Source: Candidatus Woesearchaeota archaeon
GTDB lineage: Archaea > Nanobdellota > Nanobdellia > Woesearchaeales > GW2011-AR9
Assembly (NCBI GenBank): GCA_018696595.1
Contig: JABHQW010000003.1
Span: forward strand, 128,001 to 192,000
Reading direction: 5' to 3'
DNA length: 64,000 bases
The notes under the pieces were generated by a model. The model had not been told where the DNA came from and searched no databases. It saw only the letters and a program-made list of their open reading frames with translations. The position numbers and the translations under genes are program-made. Below, in pieces: positions 1-8,581 of this stretch (within the stretch, counting starts at the first letter, position 1; each line of letters begins with the position of its first letter).

Positions 1-192
1 GGCATTGGTACAAATCCGAACGTTACTAAAGAATCTCTAAAAAAGTATGGCTGGTCTGGCTTGTTAGCAGAAAAAATTTACGGCACAGTTCACTTCGCTA
101 ACGGCAATAGCGCAGGAATGGGTGGCGATAACAATGTTCCCGTACATCTTGATTGGGTTATTGAGAATGCTAAGATAGAATGGGAAAAATAA
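1..192 (+). CDS. C-terminal fragment of an aminopeptidase (M29/thermophilic metalloprotease-like), 5' truncated by window edge
   Basis: Frame 1 is open from base 1 to TAA at 190-192: GIGTNPNV...LAEKIYGTVHFANGNSAGMGGDNNVPVHLDWVI. This matches the GIGTN / EKxxGTxHxAxG / GG..HxD C-terminal pattern of this family. Confidence 0.7.
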   Translation, partial: GIGTNPNVTKESLKKYGWSGLLAEKIYGTVHFANGNSAGMGGDNNVPVHLDWVIENAKIEWEK

Positions 193-212
193 AAATAAGA
201 AAGAAATAAGAT

Positions 213-2543
213 TTACCCTTCAACCACCCAAACTTTAACAGTGAAAGGTTCTTGCTCAACAGGATCTTCAGTTACTAGAACTTCTCCAGCAGGAACGTTA
301 ACAATCCATTCTTTTGAAATTGAGTCACGGCCATCTGAAACTGTTAATTTAACTTTCTTCTTCCCACCACTAGTAAATGTTCTAGTAATTGTGTCTGTAC
401 CTTTAACTGTCTGCTGTCTTAATCCAAGATCCCATTCGTAAGTTAACTTGTCCCCATCTAAATCTTTAGCAACAACATGAAAAATTATTTCTTCACCAAC
501 CTGAGCAGTAGTTTCTTCTACAGGAATGTAATCTAGGATTTCAGGCACACGATTAGTATTCTTAATGATGACTTTAACAGGATGAACAACTTCAACTTCA
601 CCATCAGCGGCAACAAAACTTAACCACTGTTCTGTTTGTTCATCACTAAATCTTTTATTCAGATATGATGATCCAGCAACAAAATTACTCCACCAACCAT
701 CTGTTTTATTCATAACATAATTGTAACCGGGTTGCCATAAAAACACACCATCATTAAAAGATGCTCCAGGTGGAATGTTATCCAGTCTAATTTCTAACTC
801 ATCTTCAGAATCAGGATCAGACGCAGAAACAACAAACATAAACTGTTGGTTTTCATTAACCACTAAAACATCTTTCTTAATCTTCAAACTAGGTTCACGG
901 TTATTTTTAAGAACATCAATATCTACTGTCTGAGTGTTTCCAATCTTACCATCAGTTGCAGTAACAAAAACAACTTGTGTCCCCTCATCTTCATAATCAG
1001 TTTGCCATTCACCAGTTCGTTTCCCGGTAGGTTTACTATAATAAACATTAACGATATCACCATCAGGATCAATAGCTTCTGCAGTCAACTCAGCAAGTTC
1101 AGTTTCAGTAATAGTAACATCATCTAACTTACTAAACTCTGGCATTCTGTTAACATTGTAAACATACAAATCAACAGTTCCAACAGTACATAACTCTTTA
1201 CCACAAGCAGTTACTTCTAAAGGGACCATTCTTTTTTTCAAAAATAAATGTTCTAATCTTAACTTGTTCAAAACATTACTCCACCATTTACCGCTTCTTT
1301 TAATATAATCAAATGAAGGAGTCCATTCTAACACTTCTCCATCAAATTCTGCATCTGCTGGAAGGTTATGAATAGAAACTTTTACTTTGTCCCCATCAGG
1401 ATCAGAAGTCTCAACAGCCCAAGACATTTCTTCATTCTCATTAGCATATAATTTCTCAGGTAGAACCAAATCGGGAGTTCGATCAACATCAATAACTTTA
1501 ATTTCGACAACTCTTTTAATAATAAACTCGCCATCAGAAGCAGTAACATCTAATTTGTAAGTTCCTGCATCTTCGTAACCTGTTTGCCACTCTCCTTCAT
1601 CGTTCAAAGGAGTTTCAAAAGAATAACTTAAATCGTCTCCATCTTGATCTACATCAGGAAGATCTAAATAAGCGTTCTCTCCTTCTTTAACAGTTACAGG
1701 AAGAACAGTTAAATCTGGTTTTCTGTTTACATGTTCAACTTCAATGGTCCATTCTTTTTCTGTGTTAGAACTTCCATCACTAACAGTTAACTTTAAAGTA
1801 TGAGTTCCAGAAGAGTCAAAGTCAAAATAATACTTACCAGAAGATTCTTCGCCAATCGTTTCTTGATCTAATTGCCAAAGATAAGTTACTTCTTCTTTAT
1901 CATTATCTGTTGCTTGAACATAAAAAGATAGTTTCTCATCTTCTTTAACAGCAACAACTTTACCATCAGAAAAAGTGTCTACAATCTCAGGAGCTTGATT
2001 AGTGTTAAGCACATCTACCCCTACTCTAAAGTTTTGGTTAAATTCTCCATCACTAACTTTAAACTCGGCAACATAACTTCCAGCATTATTATATCCTGGA
2101 CTCCAGACACCATCTTTATCAAACGGTGCAGAAAAAACATAATTTAACGGGTCCCCATCAGGATCAGAGACCAAATCTTTCAAATCAATAATTTGTGTTT
2201 CTTTAACTGAAACTTTCTCTTCAGTTAAGTAAGGAGCTTGATTTTTATTTTCAATAACAATTTTTACAGTCTTAACTACTTGGTTAACACCATCAGAAAC
2301 AGTAACATCAACATCATACTCTCCAGCGTCATCATAACCAGTTTGCCATTCACCATTGTCATCTAAGGGGGTACTATAATAATAGAATAGCTTGTCTCCA
2401 TCGACATCTAAAGCTTCGGCTTTAACTTTCACTAAATCTGTTTCTTTAACAGTAAAAGTTTTAACAGCAGCAGTAGCAAAAGCTGTCAGTAAGAGTAATA
2501 CTAATAGTCCAGAGAGAATCAATGTTATTTTTTTGTTTACCAT
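213..2543 (-). CDS. Secreted surface protein with about 8 tandem cadherin-like/Ig-like (PKD-type) Ca2+-binding repeats
   Basis: N-terminal signal peptide; repeated V-x-E..DxDGD..Y..W.TGY.DAG.Y....SDG..N..P modules (DVDGD, DPDGD x3, DQDGD, DLDGD plus 2 degenerate). Confidence 0.8.
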   Translation of the reverse strand: MVNKKITLILSGLLVLLLLTAFATAAVKTFTVKETDLVKVKAEALDVDGDKLFYYYSTPLDDNGEWQTGYDDAGEYDVDVTVSDGVNQVVKTVKIVIENKNQAPYLTEEKVSVKETQIIDLKDLVSDPDGDPLNYVFSAPFDKDGVWSPGYNNAGSYVAEFKVSDGEFNQNFRVGVDVLNTNQAPEIVDTFSDGKVVAVKEDEKLSFYVQATDNDKEEVTYLWQLDQETIGEESSGKYYFDFDSSGTHTLKLTVSDGSSNTEKEWTIEVEHVNRKPDLTVLPVTVKEGENAYLDLPDVDQDGDDLSYSFETPLNDEGEWQTGYEDAGTYKLDVTASDGEFIIKRVVEIKVIDVDRTPDLVLPEKLYANENEEMSWAVETSDPDGDKVKVSIHNLPADAEFDGEVLEWTPSFDYIKRSGKWWSNVLNKLRLEHLFLKKRMVPLEVTACGKELCTVGTVDLYVYNVNRMPEFSKLDDVTITETELAELTAEAIDPDGDIVNVYYSKPTGKRTGEWQTDYEDEGTQVVFVTATDGKIGNTQTVDIDVLKNNREPSLKIKKDVLVVNENQQFMFVVSASDPDSEDELEIRLDNIPPGASFNDGVFLWQPGYNYVMNKTDGWWSNFVAGSSYLNKRFSDEQTEQWLSFVAADGEVEVVHPVKVIIKNTNRVPEILDYIPVEETTAQVGEEIIFHVVAKDLDGDKLTYEWDLGLRQQTVKGTDTITRTFTSGGKKKVKLTVSDGRDSISKEWIVNVPAGEVLVTEDPVEQEPFTVKVWVVEG

Positions 2544-2597
2544 TTTTTAGGTCAATTGTTTTTGATCAATATAAAAAAGTAAAAAAGTAAAAAAAAA

Positions 2598-3620
2598 TTA
2601 ATTTAAGGAAACATCAACGATTACTGGTGGCATGTTTACATCTTCTACGGTAACTGCAACTTTCTTAGTTACAGTGTCCTTACCATCATTGATAGTAATT
2701 ACAACAACATATTCACCATGATCAGTGTATCCAGTTTCCCAAACACCATCGCTACCAACAGGTTCGCTAATAGTAATAGTTAAGTCATCATTGTCTAGAT
2801 CGCTTACAACAGGTTTAACTTCAACAATTTCTCCTTCCTTAACTACAAGATCAACTAAGCCAGTAACTTCAGGTAATTCATTAACATCAGTAATAGTTAA
2901 CTTGAATACTTTTTCAGTTTCTAATTCACCATCAGAAGCTAATACTCTAACTTGGTATTCTCCTGCACTATTATGATCAGTAACTAAGTTTCCACTTTTT
3001 AACGGTTCACTAACAGTTACAGAAACAGCATCTCCGTTAGGATCTGATACTTTAGGTTCAAAGCTTACAGTGTCTCCTTCATCAACTAAAAGGTCTTTAA
3101 CACCTGTAACAACAGGAGCAACGTTAACTCTTTCTACAACAATTTTAATTTTCTTTTCAGTTGTTAATTTTCCATCAGTTGCAGTAATAGTAATAACATA
3201 CTCACCAGCGTCTCCGTAATTGGTTTGCCATTCGCCTTCCTTGTTTAAAGGCTTACTAAATGTATGAGTTACAACATCCTGATCTGGGTCTGTTACTTTA
3301 ACATTTAAGTTTACTAACTCGTTCTCTTTAACGTAAACTGCATCCATGTCTGATTCATAAACATCAACATTTTCAGGTTCTTCGGTAAGTTCAGGCAAGA
3401 TTATTTCTTCCTCAACACTATTAACTTCTTCTTCAACTTCTTCCATAGCTTCTTCTTCTAAATTTAATTCATTCTCAATTTGAGCGATCTCATCAATTAA
3501 GCTAAGATCTTCTGCAGCAACATCATCTGCTGGAATATCATACGCCTTATAATCTAAACATCCTACTAAGAATACAAACATAACTAAAACTGTTAAACTC
3601 ACCATAACTTTTTTTATCAT
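2598..3620 (-). CDS. Lipoprotein with acidic linker and 3 cadherin-like/Ig-like repeats; paralog of 213..2543
   Basis: Lipobox-like FLVGC; Glu-rich linker; repeats DPDQD/DPNGD/DLDND with YGDAGEY..ITATDG; GAGGGG SD upstream. Confidence 0.8.
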   Translation of the reverse strand: MIKKVMVSLTVLVMFVFLVGCLDYKAYDIPADDVAAEDLSLIDEIAQIENELNLEEEAMEEVEEEVNSVEEEIILPELTEEPENVDVYESDMDAVYVKENELVNLNVKVTDPDQDVVTHTFSKPLNKEGEWQTNYGDAGEYVITITATDGKLTTEKKIKIVVERVNVAPVVTGVKDLLVDEGDTVSFEPKVSDPNGDAVSVTVSEPLKSGNLVTDHNSAGEYQVRVLASDGELETEKVFKLTITDVNELPEVTGLVDLVVKEGEIVEVKPVVSDLDNDDLTITISEPVGSDGVWETGYTDHGEYVVVITINDGKDTVTKKVAVTVEDVNMPPVIVDVSLN

Positions 3621-3770
3621 TTTAAACTTCCCCCTCTTAAAGACTTCAACAAATATGAGCCTCTTTTCTCGAATTGAGTATTTTAGAATGACAACTCGTA
3701 TTTAAAGATTTATACACAGCAATGTATATTGTAGAGAGTTTATTGTAAGAAAAATGTGGCCCCACCGAGA

Positions 3771-3854
3771 CTTTCATAACAGTTCCGCTTTTTCGCAGTG
3801 CGTTGGGCTTTATGTCCAACCCGCTCTTGCGTTTCAAATGAGCGTAACCATTTG
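3771..3854 (-). other. 84-nt tRNA intron in the T-loop (position 59/60)
   Basis: Central 4-bp helix UUCA(54-57)/UGAA (intron end), 3-nt bulges AA^C and AG^U, inner stem AAUGGUU/AACUGUU. Confidence 0.85.
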
Positions 3855-3876
3855 TTTGAACTCGGGACCACCCGAT

Positions 3877-3898
3877 TTCTTCCTGAACTAAATTCAGA
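3877..3898 (-). other. 22-nt tRNA intron at canonical position 37/38
   Basis: TCTGAATTTAGTTCAGGAAGAA; inner hairpin CTGAAT/GTTCAG in bulge-helix-bulge register; central helix has 2 Watson-Crick pairs plus a tandem GA/AG mismatch. Confidence 0.88.
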
Positions 3899-4116
3899 TA
3901 TCAGTCGGGCACTCTACCAAACTAAGCCATGGGGCCAATAGCCTGTTAAAATTAGAGCTCATTTTTAAAGGTTTTGTTTAATGTTTCTCTATTTGATCAC
4001 AGGATATAAGCCAAGATCAATTTCTCTTCAAAGTAGTACTGAGACAAATCAATAAAAAGTAGTAAAACAGTTTTTCACTTCCAGAATGGTATCAGGTTAG
4101 AGAATATATTTTCAAA

Positions 4117-4124
4117 ACCAACAT
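4117..4124 (+). promoter_or_regulatory. Archaeal TATA box (TTTATAAA)
   Basis: Exact TTTATAAA about 23 nt upstream of the structured element starting near 4147. Confidence 0.55.
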
Positions 4125-4141
4125 AATTTATAAAGCAGTTC

Positions 4142-4230
4142 TTTTTCTGTAAATGTTAGATGGATGTTATCTAACAAAGCCTTGTGCTTTGGAACTGCAT
4201 TTGTAATGAATTTTACAAATACAGTAAAAA
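4142..4230 (+). ncRNA. Putative structured RNA/leader (four-way junction)
   Basis: Closing stem CTGT(4147-50)/ACAG(4221-24); hairpins TGTTAGAT/ATCTAACA (4154-76), AAGC/GCTT (4177-89), ATTTGTAA/TTACAAAT (4199-4220). Confidence 0.45.
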
Positions 4231-4250
4231 AGAGGTGTGATGTTTTTAAA

Positions 4251-4328
4251 ATGAATAAAATTTCTTACAAAGCTGCAATGAGTTGTCATACATTAAACTC
4301 TTTCTTTGAAAGTGAAGAAGAAGAGTAA
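4251..4328 (+). CDS. Putative 25-aa small protein MNKISYKAAMSCHTLNSFFESEEEE
   Basis: GAGGTG SD at 4232-4237, ATG 4251, TAA 4326-4328, followed by a T-run; below the ORF-track cutoff. Confidence 0.5.
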   Translation: MNKISYKAAMSCHTLNSFFESEEEE

Positions 4329-4333
4329 TTTTT

Positions 4334-5143
4334 TTATTTTAATTCTCGATGATAAAATTCTCTAGCCTGTTCAATAGAATGTTCTAAAGTCCCACCAACG
4401 TCCATACTAACTAATTCAACACCTTTGCGTTTAAACACTTCTCTGAAATCTGGACTATCATATTGTTTTTTCAACTTCAACTGAAATTCAAGATTCTCAA
4501 ATTCACAATCATCATCCTTTTCTCTACATTCCAATCTTCTCATAACTTCAGAAACATCTTTAATCGTAGGAATTACTAAAAAGTCCATAGGATGTTCGTA
4601 ACAAAAAGCATTTCCAGGTAATTGCAAAATTTCTTCCATACTAAAATCTCTTCCCAAATCTAAAGCCATTTGTCTTTGATAAACAATACTTGTTGAAAGA
4701 GATCTACTTTGATAAACATCAATACCTGCTTCTAAAATAGGAAGTAATAATTGTTCATATAAAATACGGCGATCTAATGCATAACCATCTGCGACCGCTT
4801 CAGGAGAATAAGTTATACCATTCTTTGCAATTAAATCATCACGAACAACTGCACCAATTCCAACAAATGTTGGTTCAGAAGTAACAATTACATCATACTT
4901 GCCAATAATTTTTTTTGGATCAGGATGGAAGCCAATTACTTTTTCCCAAGAAGGCACTTTTAAACCAACGTAACCCAATAATTTTGAAAGAATAGGATAT
5001 TTGTTTGTCTTCTTGCCCCAGAACTGATCAACATTAAAAACTTTTTTACCCTCTTTAATGGCTTCTTCTACTAAGGTGTCAATGATAACACCTTTACCAC
5101 ATCCATCTAAACCATCAACAACTATGAATCTACCTCTCGCCAT
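4334..5143 (-). CDS. tmk: Thymidylate (dTMP) kinase
   Basis: RGRFIVVDGLDGCGKG P-loop; SEPT; DR and SRSLSTSIVYQ motifs; FENLEFQLKL lid region. Confidence 0.85.
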   Translation of the reverse strand: MARGRFIVVDGLDGCGKGVIIDTLVEEAIKEGKKVFNVDQFWGKKTNKYPILSKLLGYVGLKVPSWEKVIGFHPDPKKIIGKYDVIVTSEPTFVGIGAVVRDDLIAKNGITYSPEAVADGYALDRRILYEQLLLPILEAGIDVYQSRSLSTSIVYQRQMALDLGRDFSMEEILQLPGNAFCYEHPMDFLVIPTIKDVSEVMRRLECREKDDDCEFENLEFQLKLKKQYDSPDFREVFKRKGVELVSMDVGGTLEHSIEQAREFYHRELK

Positions 5144-5193
5144 AAAAAAATGAAATCTAAACTAATTAATAAATACATCTATACTGAAAGAGT

Positions 5194-6354
5194 TCAATCA
5201 AAAAACTTAACATCCCTCAATTCTTCAGGTAAATGTTCCTGCTTGAAACTTTTCTTCTCCTCATCACTTAAGTCATGATAATATTTATAGTCTTTACCCC
5301 AACCTTGATCTTTCAAAAAAGAGGTTTCTGCATTCTTAAGATGGATTGGAACATCTAGGTTTCCAGTTTCTCTAATAGTTTGTTTAACCTTATTTACAGC
5401 AACATAAACTTTATTATTTTTCTCAGCCGAAGCAAGATAAACAATTAACTGGGCCAGAATAACTTCACTTTCTGGTAAACCAATAACTTCATGAGATTGA
5501 AAACATTTAATAGCAAATTCTAAAGCTTTGTTGTCAGCAACACCAATATCTTCAGAAGCAAACCTGATTAAACGTCTAAATACATACTTAGGATCTTCGC
5601 CACCGTTTAACATTCTAAAAGCCCAGTATAAGGCTGCATCCACATCACTATCACGTAAAGATTTGTGTAAGGCTGAAATAGTATTATAATGCCATTCCTG
5701 ATCATAAAAAACATTTTTATTAAGTAATTTCTTTGCTTCTTCTAAAGTCAAATTTTCTTTTTTGGATAAAAATTCTAAACTGTTCAAAGATTTTCTTAAA
5801 TCTCCATCTGAAATGGTACAAATGAAATCTATAATTTCTTCTTTAATCTCAATCTTTTCATTCTGACAAACATTAAGCAAATACTTCTTAATTTCCAATG
5901 GAGGAATCTTTTCAAACTTAAACACTTTTACTCTAGAAAGTAAAGCATTATTAACTTCAAAAGCTGGATTCTCTGTAGTGGCGCCGATTAAAGTCACTGT
6001 ACCTTTTTCTACATGTGGTAATAAATAATCTTGCTGCATTTTGTTAAAACGATGAATTTCATCAACAAAGAGAATGGTTTTTACTCTTGACAATAAGAAT
6101 AAATTCCTAGCTTTCTCTACATGTTCTCTTAAATCCTTTACTCCGCTAGTAACTGCACTGAGTTCAATAAAATTAAGATCAAGAACGTTGGAAATAATTT
6201 TTGCTAAAGTTGTTTTACCAGTTCCTGGAGGACCCCAGAAAAGCATGGAGAAAATATTGCTATTGTTGATATAATCTTTAAGAACAATATTCTCTGAAGT
6301 GAAAACAAAATTGTCCATCTCTTTTGGTCTGACTCGATGTGCTAACGGTTCCAT
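5194..6354 (-). CDS. rarA: Replication-associated recombination protein A (RarA/MgsA, AAA+)
   Basis: PLAHRVRP start; WGPPGTGKTT; FVDEIHRFNKMQQD; GATTENP; SALHKSLRDSD; ASEDIG; GLPE. Confidence 0.93.
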   Translation of the reverse strand: MEPLAHRVRPKEMDNFVFTSENIVLKDYINNSNIFSMLFWGPPGTGKTTLAKIISNVLDLNFIELSAVTSGVKDLREHVEKARNLFLLSRVKTILFVDEIHRFNKMQQDYLLPHVEKGTVTLIGATTENPAFEVNNALLSRVKVFKFEKIPPLEIKKYLLNVCQNEKIEIKEEIIDFICTISDGDLRKSLNSLEFLSKKENLTLEEAKKLLNKNVFYDQEWHYNTISALHKSLRDSDVDAALYWAFRMLNGGEDPKYVFRRLIRFASEDIGVADNKALEFAIKCFQSHEVIGLPESEVILAQLIVYLASAEKNNKVYVAVNKVKQTIRETGNLDVPIHLKNAETSFLKDQGWGKDYKYYHDLSDEEKKSFKQEHLPEELRDVKFFD

Positions 6355-6447
6355 ATCAACCCAGGAGTTTAAGCTTTTATTAAGATTTTCGTTATTGTGG
6401 TATTTATTATGAAAAGATTTATATATTATAGCCCGCTATAGTGCACT

Positions 6448-6666
6448 ATGGTAACAACAATTCAGATTAGTGAAGATTTGCAACAAGAATTAGCAAATAG
6501 AAAAATGTTTGCTAAAGAAACTTATGAAGATGTAATTTGGGACTTAATAGAAGATACTAAGGAACTTTCTGAAGAAACTAAAAGGAACATCAAAATTGCT
6601 GAACAACAAATTAAAGAAGGCAAGACAGTTAGCTTAGAAGAAGTTAAAAAGAAGTTGAGATTATAA
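6448..6666 (+). CDS. Archaeal RHH-type antitoxin (RelB-like)
   Basis: TTIQIS beta-strand start, ETYEDVI, and IKEGKTVSLEEVKKKL tail; directly upstream of RelE. Confidence 0.75.
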   Translation: MVTTIQISEDLQQELANRKMFAKETYEDVIWDLIEDTKELSEETKRNIKIAEQQIKEGKTVSLEEVKKKLRL

Positions 6667-6667
6667 G

Positions 6668-6919
6668 ATGTATAAAGTTGAATTGTCAAAAACAGCCGAA
6701 AAACAAATCCATAAACTAAGTAAAGATCTTCAAAAAAGAGTTATACTTACTTTGAATAGAATAAAAGTTAGACCTTATGCTTATGTTAAAAAGCTTGTTA
6801 GTTCACCCTATTTCTCATTAAGATTTGGTGATTATAGAGTAATTTTAAATATTCAAGACAATAAACTAATAATCTTTGTAATAGAACTTGGCCACAGAAG
6901 AAATATTTATAAGAAGTAA
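6668..6919 (+). CDS. relE: RelE/ParE-family toxin (ribosome-dependent mRNA interferase)
   Basis: MYKVELSKTAEKQIHKL...LRFGDYRVI...VIELGHRRNIYK, a RelE signature. Confidence 0.88.
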   Translation: MYKVELSKTAEKQIHKLSKDLQKRVILTLNRIKVRPYAYVKKLVSSPYFSLRFGDYRVILNIQDNKLIIFVIELGHRRNIYKK

Positions 6920-6935
6920 CTAATTCTCAAACAAC

Positions 6936-7493
6936 ATGAACAAAATAATTTGTTTAGTTGGAATGTCAGGAAGCGGGAAAAGTGTAGTGGCAGATGAACT
7001 TGTTAGAAACGGTTTTGAGTTCGCTCGTTTTGGTCAAATCACATTAGATATTGTTAAAGAAAGAGGCCTAGAACCTTCTGAAGAAAATGAAAGACCCATC
7101 AGAGAAGAAATGAGAAAAGAACACGGCATGGGCGCTTATGCAACATTAAACATTCCTAAATTTGATAAACTGTTAGAGAAAGCAAACTTGGTTGCTGATG
7201 GACTTTATTCTTGGACAGAATACAAAATTCTTAAAGATTATTACAAAGACCGACTAACAGTTGTTGCAGTTTTAACACCACCTGAAACAAGGTATGCAAG
7301 ATTGGCAGGAAGAACAGAAGTGGATGAAAAGATGCGTAACCGACCAGCAACAAGACAACAAGCTATCGCTCGTGACTATGCAGAAATCGAAAACATTGAG
7401 AAAGGCGGCCCAATCGCTATGGCAGATTATTATATTCTAAACGTAACTACAGAAGAAGATGTTATTAAAGAAGCAAGAAAGTTGTTGGAGTGA
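6936..7493 (+). CDS. P-loop nucleotide kinase (dephospho-CoA kinase-like/UPF0200 family)
   Basis: VGMSGSGKS Walker A; DGLYSWTEY; RDYAEIE..GGPIAMADYYILN. Confidence 0.75.
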   Translation: MNKIICLVGMSGSGKSVVADELVRNGFEFARFGQITLDIVKERGLEPSEENERPIREEMRKEHGMGAYATLNIPKFDKLLEKANLVADGLYSWTEYKILKDYYKDRLTVVAVLTPPETRYARLAGRTEVDEKMRNRPATRQQAIARDYAEIENIEKGGPIAMADYYILNVTTEEDVIKEARKLLE

Positions 7494-7568
7494 TTAGGGG
7501 TATACATCACCACAATACAACCTTTCTATTATAACAATCAATTTAAGTAAAGCAATCATTCTACAAAC

Positions 7569-8579
7569 ATGATAATCGGCATTACAGGGCTAGATGGTTC
7601 AGGAAAATCTCAAGTTGCAGAATTACTTAAACAAAGCGGTTTCTTTAAGGTTACATTCTCAGAAATTCTTGCAGAAGAGTTAAAGAAAAAGAAAAGGAAA
7701 GTTACTAAAGAAGGTTTAATTACAATCGGTAACGAACTTAGGGAAAAGTTTGGCCCAAAGATTCTAGCTAGATTAGCATTACACCGAGTTAAGGATGGAG
7801 AAAATTATGTTTTTGTTTCCATGAGGAATCCTGCTGAAGTAGAACTATTACAATCAAGACACGATTTCTTATTAGTTAATATTAATGCTCCAGATAAAGT
7901 TCGATTAAGAAGAATTATGAGAAAGAGATTAGAATCAAGTCCTAAATCATTAAAAGAATTAAGAAGAATGGACGCTTTAGAAAGTAGTTCTGATCCCAAG
8001 AAACAACAGCTACATAAAGTAACTAAGATGGCCCGGGCAGTTATTAAAAATGATTCTAGTGAAGAGAAACTTAAACAAAAAGTTGAAAGAATGTTAAATG
8101 ATTGGATGTATAAGTTACAAGATCATCGCCCAACATGGGATTATTATTTCATGAACATTGCTGAAACAGTTAAATCAAGATCAAGTTGTATGTCTCCAAA
8201 AAAAGGAGCACTAATTGTTAAAGATAAACAAATTCTTTCTACTGGATATAATGGTACACCAAGAGGAGTTAGTCATTGTACTGCAGGAGCATGTAAGAGA
8301 TGTACATTAAGACATTCTGGGAAAATTAAATCTGCAGATTACACTTCTGCAATCTGTATTTGTGCTCATGCCGAAGAAAATGCAATTGTTCAAGCTGCAA
8401 ATACAGGAGTTTCTACAAAAGGAGCTACAATTTATACCACTTTTACTCCCTGTAACATGTGTGCAAGAATGATTATTAATGCAGGCATTAAAGAAGTGGT
8501 TGCCAAAGTCACTTATCCAGATGATGTTGGCACAAGATTGTTAAAAGATGCTGGTGTTAAATTAAGAGTATTGAGGTAA
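7569..8579 (+). CDS. Fusion of P-loop NMP-kinase-like domain and dCMP deaminase
   Basis: N-terminal GITGLDGSGKS; C-terminal RPTWDYYFM..A...RS.C, STGYNGTP, Zn motifs HAEEN and PCNMC. Confidence 0.88.
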   Translation: MIIGITGLDGSGKSQVAELLKQSGFFKVTFSEILAEELKKKKRKVTKEGLITIGNELREKFGPKILARLALHRVKDGENYVFVSMRNPAEVELLQSRHDFLLVNINAPDKVRLRRIMRKRLESSPKSLKELRRMDALESSSDPKKQQLHKVTKMARAVIKNDSSEEKLKQKVERMLNDWMYKLQDHRPTWDYYFMNIAETVKSRSSCMSPKKGALIVKDKQILSTGYNGTPRGVSHCTAGACKRCTLRHSGKIKSADYTSAICICAHAEENAIVQAANTGVSTKGATIYTTFTPCNMCARMIINAGIKEVVAKVTYPDDVGTRLLKDAGVKLRVLR

Positions 8580-8581
8580 AG

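Larger units (their letters stand above)
3757..3936 (-). tRNA. tRNA-Ile(GAU) containing two introns
   Basis: Removing 3877-3898 and 3771-3854 gives a complete cloverleaf: acceptor GGCCCCA/TGGGGCC, D arm GCTT-AGTTTGGTA-GAGT, anticodon stem CCCGA/TCGGG with loop CT-GAT-AA, variable TGGTC, T arm CCGAG-TTCAAAT-CTCGG, discriminator A (3757). CCA is not encoded. Confidence 0.93.

Noticed and set aside
3646-3837. 63-aa ORF on the minus strand
   Set aside because: It starts inside the tRNA intron and runs through the tRNA 3' end; no motif; best explained as incidental.
3757-3936. tRNA as a prophage or island integration site (att duplication)
   Set aside because: No second copy of the tRNA 3' end and no integrase found in the window.
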